From Chrysomallon squamiferum (lineage: Eukaryota > Animalia > Mollusca): a stretch of DNA of 64,000 bases. Shown piece after piece: positions 44,180 to 60,049 of the stretch. The position numbers and the translations under genes were made by a program. How positions within the stretch are numbered: the stretch's first letter is position 1; each line of letters starts with the position of its first letter. The stretch lies in the NCBI GenBank assembly GCA_012295275.1, contig CM022667.1, positions 9,300,001 to 9,364,000 on the forward strand. The letters run 5' to 3'. Under the pieces are notes generated by a model. It saw nothing but the letters and a program-made list of their open reading frames with translations, searched no databases and was not told where the DNA came from.

Positions 44180-44253
<74 letters not shown>
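44120..44253. repeat. ~130-nt interrupted poly(T) tract
   Basis: Direct reading. Confidence 0.95.
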
Positions 44254-45378
44254 CTGTGAAGAATGTCAACAGTTGGGGTATAATGGTATTTAACCTTACT
44301 AATTACATTTGAACAATATGTTGTTGTGTGTATCCTTAGCTAATACATTTCGTAATTCCTACTTGTTTGTTACGGACGTCAGTAGTAATTGTAAATAAAA
44401 CTCTGCAGAGCAGAAACTGAATTTGCTGCTTTTCTAGTCAAAGAACCATGTTATTGCTGGAGAACGAACGAAAGAAAGAATGAATGAATGAATGAAAGAA
44501 TGAATGAATGAATGAATGAAAGAAAGAATGAATGAATGAATGAAGAATAAGATGAAAGATGATATGCTGAAGAATAAAACGGAATACGGATTTGTTTAAA
44601 AGTTTCATTCAAAACGTTTTCAAATTAGTTATTATTAGATATCAAATTTAATTTTTTTCATATATTCTTACCTATATATCTACTTACCTACCTATCTATC
44701 TCTATCTTTACAATTTACATATATATATATAATTATATTCTTACATGCAGATATACGTATATAATCTAAGTTATACAAACATAAATGCACACACGTACAT
44801 ACATACATACATACGTACATACATACACAATGCTGTCACACTTTACCGAATACTGGGCCCCATTATTCGAAATGCTATGACGTCATAAGGTATCTCTAAC
44901 ATCTATTACAGCATTGTTTTGCAAAGCCTGTCGTCATGTTTCACGCTCACAGAAAACAGAGATTTTTTCATCTTGGTAACACATGAGCGCTGTGTGTAGA
45001 AAGTAGTTTACTAACTTTGCCTCGTTCTGAGATTAGTAAATCTATTTGTGTGACTCTCGCGTCGTGGCCATTTATCTTCGCTGTGGGATGAAATAAAACA
45101 CAGCAAGTGACAAGTTATCGGACCTGGCAGATCAGAAAGAAGGAATCAAGAAGATATTTTCTTCTCCGGAAAAAAAATAATAATAATAATAATAATAAAA
45201 AATATAAAAAATCGAAATTTATTCATTACCATGTCGGTAATCTGACTTCTGACACAGAGTCGTTTTGAAACGAGGTCAAGAGAGAGGCGGGAATTGGCGG
45301 GAGCTTCGACGGAAATAGTCGAATAGAAATACGGAAATTTCCGAAATGATAATTAATTAGTTAACGAATGGGGATCTA

Positions 45379-45413
<35 letters not shown>

Positions 45414-45464
45414 AGTTACAAAATCAGTCTGTGAACCAGACAAAACAAAAACAACAACAACAAC

Positions 45465-45560
<96 letters not shown>

Positions 45561-45744
45561 ATAGTAGTAGTAGTAATAGTAGTACAAACTAGTACAAGTC
45601 ATACTGTTTTTCTTTTTTATTTCTTTTTTTGTGTGTGTGTGTTTTTTTTTCAGTCGATAGTGTGTGATTTACGTTTGTTTTTCACTAAGAGATAACGCAG
45701 AAGTGAAACACAGAGGAGACGGTAGAATGACAAAACAGCTGACG

Positions 45745-45940
45745 GTATGAGCGGAAACAGCCGAAATGAAAAACGGAACGAGCCGAGATTATTAGCGCGG
45801 ATAACAGCCGAAACTGTTTACGAGAGAAAGAACAGACGTAAAGCAGCGGAAACCAACGAAATGAAGAGCGGAAACCAACGAAATGAAGAGCGGAAGCTGC
45901 TGTGATAATGAGCGGAAGCAGAACTGAAAATGAGCAGAGG
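45745..45940. repeat. Degenerate ~22-bp tandem repeat (GAGCGGAAACCAACGAAATGAA-like)
   Basis: Two near-exact copies at ~45846-45895 flanked by diverged copies. Confidence 0.7.
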
Positions 45941-48073
45941 CCACAGAAACGCTAAACTGTATTAGTTTTTGTTTTCCTGTTTATTAAGGCATGTCTGCTG
46001 TATCGATTTCTGGGACGTGTTTCTTTAGAACTCCAGTTGAAATTTTTAAAACATATTTTTTGTTCACTCGTAGCTGTTACAGAATAAAATGTGTTCGGTT
46101 ATTTCTGTCTTGGAACCTCCTCTGCCTAAATCACTGTCCTTATCTATTAGCTGTCGATAAGAATAAAAGAAAAGAAAAGAAATATATATATATATATATA
46201 TTACCAAAGGAATGGTAATAAATAAGACTTAGAAGCCTAAAACGACTACCAGCCAAAACCGACTGTCCGTGAAATGCAGTTGATGTTATAACGCAGAAAA
46301 CGTAATCATTTTGTTGTATTCCGATATTATAAATATTTTCAGATTTCATTAGTCTTTCCTAAAACTGGTTGCTTCTGTAAACACGATCTACTATAACACA
46401 ATACGACAACTGAAGCCGTATCTTCAAAGTACCTTCCTTTTTTGTCTTTTCGTTTTCATTTTTTTTTTTTTTTTTTTTTTTCATAATTTCTTTGTGTCTT
46501 CATATTTGTTTCCTTTCCTTTTTTTTTTTTTTTTTTTTTTTTAACTTTGTCTTTCTGCGTAGTTAAACTAATTTTGTTATGCTCGCATACTCCTACCATA
46601 ATGTGGAACATCTTATACTTTTTTTTTTTTTTTCTCTTTATCCTGGAATTCCAGTTCAGTCCAACAAACACAGCTTAATGTTCCTGGTAATCCTCGTCAT
46701 CAATACGGTTTAGAATCCCAGGAATATTTAACACATCATGGGCATTTTACGTAATAAGAAACGCAACTTGGATTGCGCCAATTTTCGTTTAAAATTCTAA
46801 ACCTGATCTGGCATACTTGGCATGTTTTCGGTTAATTATGTTAATTATGTTACTCAGGGATTTAGAGTAATCTCCCCTTAACGAAGGATCACGTGGGAAG
46901 AAACAAAAGAATTTACTTTGTCATGAAATATTCTAGCGTGGAAAGCAGAGGACTAGACTTTTCTGATAAATATTTAGTAATATGTGTGTGTGTGCGTGCG
47001 TGCCTGTGTGTGTGTCTGTTTAAAAATTACAATAACAAAAGACAGAAACACAGACAAAAAAATTAATAATAATAATACAAAATTAAAAAGATAAGCAGGC
47101 TACTATAACTGGTGTATAATATAATAATAATAATGACGACGACGAGAACATTGACAACAACGACAGCAACAACAACAACAAAAGTAATAATAATAATAAT
47201 AATAACAACAACAATAATATTAATAACAGTAGTATTAGTAGAAGTAGTAATACCATTAGTTGGGATAGCAGAACTTGTAGTATTGGCGCTAGTAGTAGTA
47301 GTAGTAGCTGTAGTATTGCTGCTAATAAAAATAATAGTTGTAATATTGTTGCTAATAGTGATCGTAGTTGTAGTGTTGCTGCTGTAGTCGTAGTCGTAGT
47401 TGTTGTAGTAATGACAGCCGTAACAGCATTAACAGTAGAGGTATGAGTAGTTGTAGTATTGCTGCTGTAGTAGTAGTAGTCGTAGTTGGCGTAGTAATGA
47501 CAGCAGTAACAGCTTTAACAACAGAGGTATGACTACGTCTCTCATCAGCCGCGTATGATTGTTTCGTTCCCAATCAAATCTAGGTGAGAGTTCTGTATCG
47601 GTGTTCGATGCTGGTAATTAAAACAGCTCGGCCAGTGAAGCGGTCGTCGCCGTGTTCAGTCTGTGATAAATCGTTTACTGACTGCAGCTGCTTCCAGCAA
47701 AGTCTTCACTTGGGCGTCTGTCGAGAAATACGTGATCTAATCAACAGCTGTTTGTCGTCGGAATGAAGTCACGTCTTTTCTCACGATCATCTGTTAATTC
47801 AGTCCATTTACTGAAATGTGTGTGTTGCGGTCAGTCCTTCAGACGAGACACAGGAAATTTTACAGGGACATAATGATTAGTATCTGTATGTCTTTCTGTT
47901 TGTATGTCTGTCTGTCTGTTTGTTTGTATGTCGTTCTAATTGTTGTCTGTCTGTCTGTCTCTCTTTACCTATCTGTTTAGCTATCCATCTCCCTATTTGT
48001 CTGTCTGTCTATCTATCTATCTATCTATCTGTCTGTCTGTTTATTTCTATCTACTTATCTATCTGTCTATCAT

Positions 48074-48144
<71 letters not shown>

Positions 48145-48154
48145 CATGTATGTA

Positions 48155-48224
<70 letters not shown>

Positions 48225-48277
48225 CGTTTGTCTGTTTATCTTTCTGTCTCTGAATTTCTGTATAACAATTCTCTCTC

Positions 48278-48371
<94 letters not shown>

Positions 48372-48411
48372 CTCCCTCCCTCCCTCTCTATTTGACTCTC
48401 CTCTGTATCTG

Positions 48412-48697
48412 AGATTCGGACACTGTAACACTGTTTCAGACTCGGACTCTGTAACACTGTTTCAGATTCGGACACTGTAACACTGTTTCAGACTCGGACA
48501 CTGTAACACTGTTTCAGACTCGGACACTGTAACACTGTTTCAGACTCGGACACTGTAACACTGTTTCAGACTCGGACACTGAAACACTGTTTCAGACTCG
48601 GACACTGTAACACTGTTTCAGACACGGACACTGTAACACTGTTTCAGACTCGGACACTCTAACACTGTTTCAGACTCGGACACTCTAACACTGTTTC
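48412..48697. repeat. 26-bp minisatellite, about 11 copies (CGGACACTGTAACACTGTTTCAGACT)
   Basis: Head-to-tail units with single substitutions and no spacers. Confidence 0.95.
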
Positions 48698-50745
48698 GTT
48701 TTTTTTGTAAAAACAAACTAAATCCCACACATGCATTATTTAACAGTTGCCTGCTTGTACACAGTGGAACGCAACAGGTCAAAGGGCAGCTATAGCCTGA
48801 ACTCTACACAACGCAAAGGTTGCATGCAGAATCGCCATTCTGCAGTCACCAAATTATAAATATATGCTAATGATATAGAATCTGTTAGTATTGCTATTAA
48901 TAATTTAGAGATGTTTTCAGAAAGAGCTTTTGGAAGCGAGTGTCACATATAAATTCTACATTACGATGTATTTTCAAAAAAATATATATATTTTTCCTTT
49001 TCGATTAGAAGACTAGTATATTTTATATTCATACTGTTACAGATAGAACAAAATATGCATATCATAATATTGTAGCTTTATAAAAGAATGAACGTTGCTT
49101 CATCATTTTAGTATTATAAATTGTAAAGCTTTCTAAACAATGCACGATTCATATTAATGTCAGTATTATAGAATATATTGCATTCCAAAAATGTTTGTAT
49201 TATAGAAACTGGAGCTTTCTAAAAGGAATTGGTACTTAATAATGTTAGGATTATAGAACGTAGTGCTTTCAAAACAAATGTATGATTCTTTATATAACGA
49301 TTCTTTATATAACGTTTCTTTTTTTTTTTTTTTTTTTTTTTTACACAAGCGACAGATTAATTCACACAATTACTGTGAGTAAAGAAAAACTCTTAAAGTG
49401 AATTACACGTCTCTCTTTTTACAACTATCAATATTTGAACAGCTTCAACTCTGAGTCGAGAAGTCTCTTACGTCGTTCTACCGCCATTTTGTTTTAAACA
49501 AGTAAGTTGACAGAAAAATATTCTGAGGCAGGATTTACGAAGAAATGTATTCAAAAAAAAAAAAAAAAAAAAAAAAGAAACCGAAAAAAACCCACCAAAA
49601 TTTAAAAGAATATTTTTTTTTTTTTTTTAAAATATATGCGTGCTTTATTTGTTCTCAGCAAGATTTAAATAATTTTTTTTTCTCTTGTTGTTGTGAAATA
49701 ATTATAGGCTGTCTGGACTCTGTCGAGATAAGTTAAACACGTCTTCGCGTGGATTAACTTATATCAGATCGTTTGTTGTATAAAGCGATGCTAACATAAT
49801 TCAGTTACGTCTTTGATTATTATTATTATATATTTTGTTCAGAGAAAGATAAAAATAGAATAAGATAGAGACAAAGAAACAGCACACACACACACACACA
49901 CATATAAATATGTAGATATATAGACAGACAGACGGACAGATAAATAGATAGACAGATAGATAGACAGACAGACAGACAGAGAAATAGATAGATAGATAGT
50001 CAGACAGACAGACAGACAGATAGACAGACAGATAGATAAATAGATAGATAGATAGACAGGCGGACAGACAGACAGACAGACAGACAGAGAGATAGATAGA
50101 TAGATAGATAGATAGACGGACAGACAGACAAACAAACAGACAGACATACAGACATATATAGAGGAATACTGATTGATTACGTTTCTCATTAAAACGTTTA
50201 GTGTTTTTGTTGTGTTTGTGTAGCACTGACAGAAAGAAACATTTACAACCAGACATAAAACAAGTAATAACAAACTGACCATTATTCACACTCACACACG
50301 CCTTCAGCAAGTCTCAAAATTTATCTTCCACTTCTTCTTCTTTTTCTCTTTTTCGCCTTTGAAAAATTTAACTGCTTAAATTCTTCCCAATGATTTCTCG
50401 TATCCCTATCAATATGTCCCTTCTTCCACAGCTGTAAATTTGTTTCGTAAAAGAAAAAAAAACACAGAAAAATGATGATCGCGCAAGGCTTTAGATGCGT
50501 TATTATTGCTCTTTTGAAAATGCTCCATACATTCGTGTACTTTGCACTGTGTTTTCTCGTTCAACGGCAGACAACGACAAGACATAAGTATGATTACAGA
50601 CATTTCCTACTCACTTCGGAGTCTCGGGCAGATGAATGTGAGAGGTTTCATGGCCGTTTCCAGTTCTGAAGCCAGTTGAGCGTCCTATTCTAGAATGTTG
50701 ATAGTACATAGCACGTTTACCGTTTTGTTTATTTCTCATTTTCAG

Positions 50746-51073
<328 letters not shown>

Positions 51074-52139
51074 GACTTTTTCATTTGTTTATGTCCCTCA
51101 ATTTGTATGGTATTTGGAGAAATCAGTGTTTTTCAGAATAAAGCAGAAAAAAAAAAAACGACATAACTGAATCGAAGAACGAACTACGACATCCCAATCC
51201 TGATTTGAATTAAACTGTCAAATTTGTCAAATTACCATCAGGGAACGAGGAAGCATTGTTCATCCGACATCTAAACAAAATGACGTTTAACTGATGTCTC
51301 GTTTAGACAATTGAGGGTTTTACTCGCTGAAGTTCGCGATTCCTCGAATTACAGTCAAACTCTGAAACATGAAAATTAAAGGACGGATACTCCAGAAATA
51401 GCCAGATGTTATCTGTGCGTCCGTTGGCAACAGGTTTTATTACATATCAAATTACGTCAGAAACGAAAATAAATTTTACGACCGTTTTAGCAGTGATGAT
51501 GTGATAATTAAGGATTTAGAACCAGTGGGTCTGTGGATCGATTCCACATTTCTTCTAGATTGGTGTATCAACGTGTTTTGTGTTTTCGTTGCTGTATAAT
51601 ATCGCTCTCATTATTTCTTGATTAACTAATAAATGTCGTACAAGACTTTTTCTAACAAAACACGAGGCTATCACTATAACAGCTGTTCAGAAACATTCCT
51701 AAGAAATCTGAGAGGTCTTAGGTTCAAATCTTTTCGCTGTGTCAATATGGATATTTCCCATTTTTTAAACACCAAGCACGTCAAAAGGTCAAAAGCCCTT
51801 GGAATGCTTTTGTTCTTTTTTTTTTTTTTTTTTTTTTTATATTTTTTTTTTCTTCTGCAAGATTGTTAATGTAAAAATAAATATCATGGCCATATGGAAT
51901 TTTTTTCGTTTTATAATTATAATACATGAATCACAAATCTGATACTGAAATAACATTATGTTGCTGGGTCCTTAATCGAATCGCTGTTCACCTATTTATC
52001 CATACAAGACGTGAGCTGTCAGTGTAAGCTTCTGTGTCTTTACACGGGGTTAACCAACACGTCTTATGTCACAGGATCGCGTCTTGGTGTCGACTGCTGA
52101 CTAAAACTCATGTAAAATAATTTGTCTCGGACAAACCAG

Positions 52140-52418
52140 CATAACAGATAAACCCGTCGTATTCAGACAGTATAAATAAATTATAACATAAAATAATACT
52201 GTCTTGTTCATATGGAAAAATAAAACATTATTTTATTCAAACAGTTTGAATCTGTATAACAGAAAAATAACACTGTCGTATTGAGAATATTAAATAAATA
52301 TTGCACAAACAATAACCCTTTCATATTCAGACAGTATAAATCAATACAACGCAAAAATAACCCTGTATAAATCTATATAATACAAAATAACCCTATCATA
52401 TTCAGACGGTATAAATTT
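52140..52418. repeat. Old degenerate ~43-bp tandem repeat (AATAACCCTNTCRTATTCAGACAGTATAAAT core)
   Basis: TATTCAGACRGTATAAAT recurs three times, with intervening diverged units. Confidence 0.65.
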
Positions 52419-52909
52419 AAGCATCATTTTATTCGCGACAGAGTTCGACGTATCGTATATTGACTTACATCATCGGCTACTCGATGTTAGAAATTAATTG
52501 TTGAATGACTTTCATCTCGCTTTCTGTTTACAGTAGAAGAAAAAGAAATTATTTATGCCTCAGTCTGGACAGAGTGTTTTACATCGGTGACATGAATTAC
52601 GTTTGTCTGAAGAAATTCGATAGGAGCTGTCTGTGATGTTACTGTTGTCGTGCACGTAGTTCGAAAGAGAAGACAGGGAAACAATAATTTTAAGAGCTTC
52701 TAATAAAGGAAGGAATGAATAAATGACTGACTGAATGAATGAATGAATGACAGATCAAGAAACAAGAATAATAATAATGGTGGTGATGATGATGATGATA
52801 ATTGTTATTATAATGATGTTATTTATTGTGATGAAAGAAGTATTTTTATGATGCAACAATAACAACAATAAAAACAGCAAGGGTAACTGCAATAATAATA
52901 ATAATAATA

Positions 52910-52945
<36 letters not shown>

Positions 52946-53540
52946 ATTATAACAACAACAACAACAACAACTTCAGCCACAATAACAGAAACAACTACAA
53001 CAATAAAAACAACAATAAAAGCAGGAGCAACAGTAAAAACAATAACAACGACGACGACCACATCAACAAAAACAAAAACCGTAACAACAGCAACACATAT
53101 ACAAATATTCCTTTGTTGATTACATTAGATCTTTTTAATCTTCTTTTTTTTTCTCAGAGCAAATGCTTTTAAGAGTTTTCTTACACCAAGTCCAATAACA
53201 CTTTATGGTTTTGTTTATCCTTAACATTTTCCATATTGATGTCGTCTTGCGGATGAGAGATAAAGCGATAAACACACACGTGCAAATCTCCGTGACGTCC
53301 GTGTCGTGTTTCACATTCATACAATTCATAACGTCCTAAAGCGCCACCTTGTTGAATTAATTCCCTTTAATCAATAGAATTAATTATTAATTAATCGCGT
53401 GTAACCTGGCGTTCTATGGTAATAAATGTTGATGTTACATACACTGGTAACAGTACTGATAAAAACAGTGATAAAAATAAACATTATGATATTAATGATA
53501 ATTGTATATCATAATAATAATAACAAGAAGAATAGAAATC

Positions 53541-53571
<31 letters not shown>

Positions 53572-53600
53572 CAACAACAACAACAACAATAATAATAATA

Positions 53601-53640
<40 letters not shown>

Positions 53641-53926
53641 TGTTATTGGATAATTATAAAAAGGAAATAATAATAATAGAGTTGATAATATTGATAATTA
53701 TGATGATGATGATGATGATGATGGGAGTCTAACAGAAAGATGTTACTGAAAATTTTGAGAAAGTTAAAAAATTGTTATTTTGTATTCGTTTTAGTTTATA
53801 TTGATATAATTATGTTGTATTATGTTAATCGTGTGTTGGAATACACAACAAAAACAAGAAAATATATGAAAAGAGTAAGAATGAAATGGAAGAAACAGAA
53901 AACACCTGTAAAAGAGGGAAAGATAA

Positions 53927-53963
<37 letters not shown>

Positions 53964-54682
53964 AAAGAAAAATGAAGAAGGACTGAAAGAATTAAACAAA
54001 AATGGAAAAATAGAAAGAAGGAAGGAAAGAAGGAAGGTAAAGATAACGAAAGAAATTAGTTTCCTTTATTTTCTCTATTTTTGTTTTTCTCCAATGAAAG
54101 CTTAATTAATGCAATATTAACAACAACAAACAAAAACGTCAAAAAAAAAAAAAAAAAAAAAAAATTCTTTTTTAAAAAGTAAACAAACAAAATAAGAAAG
54201 AAAATGAAACATTTTCATATATCAACCTTCTATAATTATTCATCCTTAAAAACAAACAACAACAACAACAACAACAACAACGACGACTCACCTGTCATTT
54301 TGGTCAATCCATGACAGCATCAACGACGTTCGTTTCCCTACTGGTATAGTATAGCGCGTGCAAATTAATATCCCACATTTACCATGCACTCCTCTGTTAC
54401 AAACTCTCCACACACTAAACGTACATGCAGCATTGAGATACTCCAAACATGTGCTAGCCTATCACATTAGCAATCTAGCATCGTACAGATCTATTCGAGT
54501 AATGATCGAGGCGGGCTGGGCTGTTTTGTTGAGAATATGTGTGTGTACAAACGATCGTTATGTTTAGAGTCTGTTTCACGGAACGAGAGGCTATCTTTAA
54601 GTGACCTGCATGACGGAGGGAAAGATTTCCTTAAGGCAAAAAAAAAAAAAAAAATGTTTTAATGTGATGTTGATATGGATGA

Positions 54683-54724
<42 letters not shown>

Positions 54725-54881
54725 GGTGATGAACTTTTGTAGTTGTTTAAATGAGATGGTTGAAAGTATGTTTTTGTTTGTTTGTTTGTTTGTTTGTTGA
54801 GATATTGATTGATTGATTGATTGATTCATTCATTCATTTTATTTTATTTTGTTTATTTATCTTCTTCTTTCTTTCTTTCTT

Positions 54882-54921
<40 letters not shown>

Positions 54922-55712
54922 TTTATTTATATTATACGTATTTTATTTTTCAATAAATTTATTTAAGGGTATTAAAAAGCTACATTAATATGATCCTTTC
55001 CCTCGGTGGGTTCTTTATATAAATTAACCTCTATTTTAAACTGACATCCAAGCTGACTATTACAGACAGATAAACTGCTAGTTTAATATAACAGCCCACA
55101 TTGGATTTCTCTTTATGCTGACAAACTGCTGTTTTAATATTGCCACCATGTTGTGTATCTCTGCTGTTTATAAAAATTACCTCTCCGGTCGTTGCTTTTC
55201 TAATGAAATAATTTTCATTCATACTTGGACGATGTTCAGGGCGTGAATGTCGGTTGTTTGTGGCTAGTTGCTGTTAGAGAGAGATACCGAGTGTAGAATA
55301 GTGTAACGTAATGATTAGAGCTGAAGGCAGAGCTGTGATAGATCGAAGAATCAGTTTATTATCTGTGCGCCCGTAGGGTATAGCCCGTTCCAGACAGGTC
55401 CTCAGCAATGGTTTATAGAATTACGTGTTACATATTTTTCTGTAATGGAAAGTTGTTGTATCAGATAGGAGATGCATAGACGGTTTCTACAGCATTTTTT
55501 CCTCTATTATATATTATTATAGACTAGTAATAATAGTAGCAGTAGTAGAAGAAGCAGCTGTAGTAGTAGTAGCCGTAGTAGCAGTAGCTGTAGTAGCAGT
55601 AGCAGTACTTGTAGTTGTAAAAGTAGTAGCAATAATTGCAGTAATACTGGTAACAGTGATATTAACAAGTGCAGTTATATTAATACCAGGATTAATAATA
55701 GAAGCAGTACTG

Positions 55713-55747
<35 letters not shown>

Positions 55748-55749
55748 TT

Positions 55750-55800
<51 letters not shown>

Positions 55801-56613
55801 GTGGTGGTGGTATCTGTAGCAGCAACAATCGACAATAAGGAACTGCTGGAATATTATATTAGATTCAGTGATTTTATAATTCTCTGCATATTACATATAA
55901 GAATTCAAAGAAAGGCTATATGTTTAATAAACGTGATGTCTGTGGCATTTAACTTGCAATACAAACTGCTATTGAATTTGTTTCACTACGTTTGAAGCAG
56001 TCGTTACGTGTTAAAAGTCAACTGAGTTAGCGAACTCAAGTCACTGAACTGACAGGCAGCAGCAGGTTTTCCCAGACTCGTTGATTCTTGGTCAAACAGA
56101 GACGTCTTCTGCTGTTTGGAGCATGAACACAGAAGAGTGAGGAAAAGTGATTATCGAAAGACAGGAGAAAAAGAAGAATGAGAAAAAAAAAGAGAAGGAA
56201 AGGAGAAAGACAGAAAGTCGAAAACAAGGATTTCGCAGAATAGAAAATACTGAAAAATAAAACTGTTTAAGTGTGTAAATATTGTAAAAGAAGGTTAACT
56301 GAATAAACCACAATCACGTAATAGAAAAATCACGTGTAACGCTTGTATGGGTATGGATGTCCACTTATATATATATATGTGTGTGTGTGTGTATGTGTGT
56401 ATATATATATATATATATACACACACATACACATACACACACACAAACACATACATATACACATACATACATACATATATACATACATACATACATACAT
56501 ACATACATACATACATACACACATACAGAGAGAGTGAGGTACCATTATATGCATGCATGTTTTACGTTTATTTATACATATGTGTGTGTGTGTGTATATA
56601 CACACACACACAC

Positions 56614-56669
<56 letters not shown>

Positions 56670-57369
56670 CAATGGACATTTTGGACACAATTCAACGTAG
56701 GTCACGTCCCTGTAGAAAACACCAGCTGACAACATAAAACCGTACTGAAATTAACATAACCTTTTCAGTCTCTCAAAAGTACAAAGAGTGGAAACAAATA
56801 TATCTGGTTTTGATGTACATGACGTCACTTCAGCTGTCGCGAATGACGTAAGAGTTCCGCGTTTTGGCAGGCGCTTGCGTCCGGAGCGTGACTGAATATA
56901 GAAGGAAACGTTACAAATTAGTCCAAACGTCCCAAGCGTGACAAAAACCTGGAATGAACGTTACAAGTAAGACAGAACAAATTAGGATTGTGTTAATTCC
57001 CCGGCTGTCAACAGAAAACACTCGTAAATGATTAAGTCTTTATTCGTCTGAGCTTTGGGAGACGATCTCATTTTTTATTTATTTATTTATTTATTTATTT
57101 AGTCTGATATTTGATTTTGATTTTGTTTGTTTGTATCTTTTCATTCTTTCTTTCATTTATCATTATAATAATTATGTTTAATATTATAATTATCATCATG
57201 TGAATCATGATCATAATCATCAGCATAATCACAGGTATTATTTTTTTGCTACTTCTGTTACTGTCATTGCCTACCTCTGCTGTTATAGTGTTACTACGAC
57301 TACTGCTGCTACTGCTAGTACTGCTGCTACTACTGTTTAACTGCTACTACTAACGACTGTTAATAATAC

Positions 57370-57401
<32 letters not shown>

Positions 57402-57463
57402 ATCGTTGTATTCTGTGTTTTTATTTATGCATTTTCAAGTTTGCTATTACGTTGGGTTTCTAT

Positions 57464-57506
<43 letters not shown>

Positions 57507-58144
57507 TTTGTTCATTTGTTTATCCTTCAGTTAACATGTCCATATCGATCATGATATCACCTCTCATGATCATCATCGTCATCATTTAAAACAATAACAA
57601 CGTACACTTCCCTATTCATGACCTTTCAAAGCAGCCTGAATGTGTTAACTTGATATCACGATCCAGGTGTCAATTTAATATAAACCTTTTAACGTGATTC
57701 AGGCGACCTTTCTGTGCACAGTCATCCCGAGTTCACGATTAAGTGTCACTTTCAGACATCGCCTCTGGATCTTTAATTGATGCTGTGATATGAACAGATA
57801 TTCAGGGATTAACAGGTTCCCGTCTTAACAGATCAGATTTACCCTGCAAAGGTGAGAATGCCCCGATGCAGCGAGGCTACGCCGAGCTTCGTCAATCCGT
57901 TCGACTATGGCAGGAATGAAGATGTTATTTTAATACAGTAAATGTAAGCAGTTCAAAAAGTAAATGAAAGTAATTGCTGTGTTTATAAAACTTACCGATA
58001 TCGAAAGTGGTAGATCAAGGTTTATTTCGTTGCGTCATACTTATTTGTTTGTTATTTTCAAAATTTTATTTATTTATTTATTTATTATTATTATTATTAT
58101 TGAAGATTGAAGCCAGCTGTTAACCATTAAGGATGTGACTTTCA

Positions 58145-58229
<85 letters not shown>

Positions 58230-59595
58230 ATATATATATATATATATACATACATACATATACATATGTATGTATGTATATATGTATGTATATTTGATAA
58301 TGTAACTCTAAAAATCAAGGATATCTATAAAACGGTTAAGACATTTGGTATCTAGAGACCCTTGACAAAGATAACAAATGACAGCTTAAATTGTGCTAAT
58401 ATTATTGACAATAAAAACATTCAAAAACGCTGGGTTTTTTTATTGGAATCTCATCTACTGGCAGTACCATTACGTAAGTTCTTTTAACGAGTTTCTGTTA
58501 ATTAGTTTTACATATTCAATGTATTTCTCATACATGACCAGATGACTCTACTTTTAGAAGTCAGGTTTCCACTGCGTAGTCACTCGATTCATCTTCGTAT
58601 CCAAGCGATTTTCATTTAGCCAGTAAGACAATGTCTGCATCTCAGTCCATTAGTTTATCAATTTTATTTACTGATGTGTTATCGATTTTGTCTACGTTAC
58701 TGTCCATTTATTTAATAAAAAAAAAAAAAAAAATCTAAAAAAAAAAAATAATAAATAAGTAAATATAAACAAATAAATAAATAAATAAATAAAAATAAAT
58801 AATAATAATAATAACAAAGATTATTTCACCATTTTGCGTTCTCTAATAAAAACGGATTAAGCGTAACTATATTAATCAAACGATTATTATTATTATTATT
58901 AATTTTCAATTATTTATGTTACACGATGTCCATACTGTTTAGATTTACTTTTTACGGCTATTAAACTTTGAACAATTTTTTTTTTTTTTTTTTTTTTTTA
59001 CATCGTTTTATTTATTTTTTCTTATTTTACTGACACTTTTGTCACAACTCTAAACATCACGAAAACCACGAGAACGTGTAAACCGCCATGTTGGACAAAC
59101 ACGCGAGGTGCAGTCTAAAACACGGACTTATTTACACTGTTGTCCGGCTCGGTCGTTATTCCCATTGTCTGCCGCTGTAATATTCCGTTTCTTTGTGTTT
59201 GGCGTGCGTAATGAAAACAGAAAAACAATAAAATACCTGTTTGATGTAGACAATGATAACTGTATAATGTGTTTGTATTCAGAGGCGTGGATACAAAAAC
59301 AACACCAAGAAATGTTGTTTTGTAAACGAGCAACCAGAAAAGAAAGATGTTTGTAAATAGAAGATTATGAAAGGAAAAAGAACTTTACGAACTTTATGAA
59401 GGAAGGAAGGGAGGAAGGAAGAGATAAAAGAAATGAATGAAGTAAGAAAGAAAGAAGACTTTTCTTTGGTACAGAAAGAAATTTGGATGTCGTTGAGTAC
59501 TTAAAGGATTTATTTTATTTCATTTTCAGTGATATTACTGGAGACAGACGTAGTCACATGCAGAAAGAGAGAGTGAGAAATAAACACCGAAGTTG

Positions 59596-59815
<220 letters not shown>

Positions 59816-60049
59816 GTTTTAAAACAATAAATAAATAAATAAAATTAAAATGATTATGATAATGATGATAATAATAATAATAATCCTCATCATCATCATA
59901 ATAATAATAATAATAATAATAATAATAGAATAATACTGTTTGTAGTAATAATAATAATTGTAATAGTAAAAATAGTAGTGGTAGTACTATTATTAATAAT
60001 AATAAGAAGAAGAAGAAAAGAAAAAAAGAGTGTTGCAGTTTTAAACACG

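Noticed and set aside
48412-48697. CRISPR-like repeat array
   Set aside because: Units are contiguous with no unique spacers, there are no cas genes, and the context is eukaryotic
51510-51550. tRNA gene suggested by B-box-like GGATCGATTCC
   Set aside because: No cloverleaf stems or clear A-box; at most a SINE fragment
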